From Malacoraja senta (Eukaryota), in the NCBI GenBank assembly GCA_038087875.1, contig CM075995.1, positions 1,676,001 to 1,740,000 of the forward strand: a stretch of 64,000 nucleotides of DNA, read 5' to 3'. The notes beneath the pieces were generated by a model. The model had not been told where the DNA came from and searched no databases. It saw only the letters and a list, made by a program, of their open reading frames with translations. The position numbers and the translations under genes are program-made. Shown one piece after another: positions 62,183-64,000 of the stretch (its first letter is position 1; the number at the start of each line of letters is the position of its first letter).

Positions 62183-63174
62183 TCTACCACAGCGACTCCT
62201 CCACTATCTGGGACATATGACAATAAACCATTCTTGACTCTTCACTCTTAAGTCAGGGGGAGAGGGAAATCAAGAGGTATGTATATGTACAAAGTGCGTA
62301 TAAATATGCTCTTTGTACATTTCCATACCTCTAGATTCCCTCTCCCCCTGACTCGCAATCTGAAGAAGGGTCTCGACCCAAAACATCACCCATTCCTTCT
62401 CTCCAGAGATACTCTTCGTACAGTCTTACATCCTGAAACCTAATAAACATTGATGAAAGGGATTAGATCTGTAGCTTTCAAACTGCGAGGTTCAAGCTTG
62501 CTTATTTGTATTGTAAGGTAACTGGGTATTTAATAAAACAACTGACTTTTAGCACAGGCAATCTAGACAATTTGCTCAATTCATTCAGTGGAAAGTAATG
62601 GCTTGTCATCATGCTAAATCTAACAGCCTTGTTAGATAAAAAGGAATTACCCTGAAACAAATGTAAATATTAACTAAAGCTTGTGAGTTTTTGGAATATC
62701 CTCAGATAATCAATCTGTTCTCCTGGGATGCTGCCTGACCCGCTGAGTTACTCCAGCATTTTGTGTCCTTATGTGTATTAACCATCATGTGCTGTTCTTT
62801 GTTTAAATTACATACAATGATAGACACAAAGAGCCAGTCTGAAGAAGGGTCTCAACCCGATACGTCACCCATTCCTTCTCTCCAGAGATGCTGCCTGTCC
62901 TGCTGAGTTACTCCAGCTTTTAGTGTCTATCTTCGGTTTAGATTGGCATCTGCAGTCCCTTCCTACACATACAATGATAATACCTTACACATTATAGTGG
63001 ACAAATGGCAACAATCCAGCACTTTATGGCCTTTCTTAGAATAATCAATAGTTGTCCTCCCCACCTTCTATTTCTCTGCAACTTAAAAATTATTTTTTTC
63101 CAATCTTTTTCCAGTTCCGATAGTGGTTATCTTGAAATGCGACGTCTGTTTAGCCCTTTACAGAGTAGTTTACC

Positions 63175-63510
63175 TTGGTTTAGTTTAGTTTAGTTTAGTT
63201 TGGTTTGGTTTAGTTCAGTTCAGTTAAGAGAAACAGTGTGGAAACAGGCCATTCGGCCACCGAGTCCGTGCCGACCAATAATCACCTGTACACGAGTTCT
63301 GTCCTGCACACTAGGGACAATTTAGACAAGCCAATTAACCTACAAACCTGAACTTCTTGGGAATGTGGGAGGAAACCGGAGCACCCAGAGAAAACCCGTT
63401 CAGTCATAGGAAGAACGAACAAACTATGTCCAGACAGCACCCATGGTCAGGATCGAACCCGGGTCTCTGGTACTGTAAGGCTGCAACTCTACTGCTGGCC
63501 CGTGTGCCGA
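63175..63510 (-). mobile_element. HE1-like V-SINE
   Basis: B box, core and (TAAAC)n tail. Confidence 0.8.
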
Positions 63511-64000
63511 GCAGGTTCAGAATTTTCTGAATGATTTCAGATTTCCAATGGTATTCTGCGGTATTTATTTTTTGCAACGTAGGTTACTAATTCAACTTCC
63601 CATGAAAAATCCCAGCCACTGGTCTAGATTGGACCTGATCTAGACTGGTCTAGAGTGAGTGTGGAGAGGATGTTTCCACTGGTGGGAGAGTCTAGGACCA
63701 GAGGTCATCGCCTCAGAATGAAAGGGCGCCCTTTTATAACCATATAACAATTACAGCACGGAAACAGGCCATCTCGGCCCTTCTAGTCCGTGCCGAACAC
63801 TTACTCTCACCTAGTCCCATCTACCTGCACGCAGACCATAACCCTCCTTTCCTTTGGAGGAGGTGTGGAGGAACTTCTTTAGCCAGAGGGTAGTTAATCT
63901 GTGGAACTCATTGTCACAGAGGGCTGTGGAGGCCAAGTCAGTGGATATATTTAAGATCGACAAATTCTTGATTAGAACTGGTGTCAAGTGGGTTAATAAC

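Overview
This is eukaryotic, repeat-dominated genomic DNA, and I can find no supportable host protein-coding exon, rRNA, tRNA gene or CRISPR array in it. The repeat set is HE1-like tRNA-derived V-SINEs that share a tail with a CR1 LINE, several CR1 subfamilies, L2, Rex1/Babar, L1/Tx1, RTE derivatives and Penelope-like elements. That set suggests a cartilaginous fish (skate or ray) intron or intergenic region, which is an inference. Nearly all listed ORFs are LINE fragments, antisense shadows or microsatellite artefacts. Main signals: (1) about two dozen Penelope-derived minimal hammerhead-ribozyme-like motifs, several in 90-200 bp insertions with their own target-site duplications (TSDs); (2) a P-superfamily-like MITE containing a 45-bp structure that looks like a P-type excision footprint; (3) two non-autonomous Helitrons whose 5' ends both carry a (TCTA)n/(GATA)n tract, one 912 bp long; (4) RTE-derived short elements with an HDV-ribozyme-like fold at the 5' end; (5) seven Harbinger-type MITEs with one terminal inverted repeat (TIR) but varied interiors; (6) two Tx1-like insertions stacked at one palindromic site; (7) a CpG-rich island with an RFX X-box and a CRE. 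Coordinates were read by eye. Those defined by TSDs or TIRs should be near exact, and fragment boundaries are approximate. Family names come from motif recognition, not database searches.
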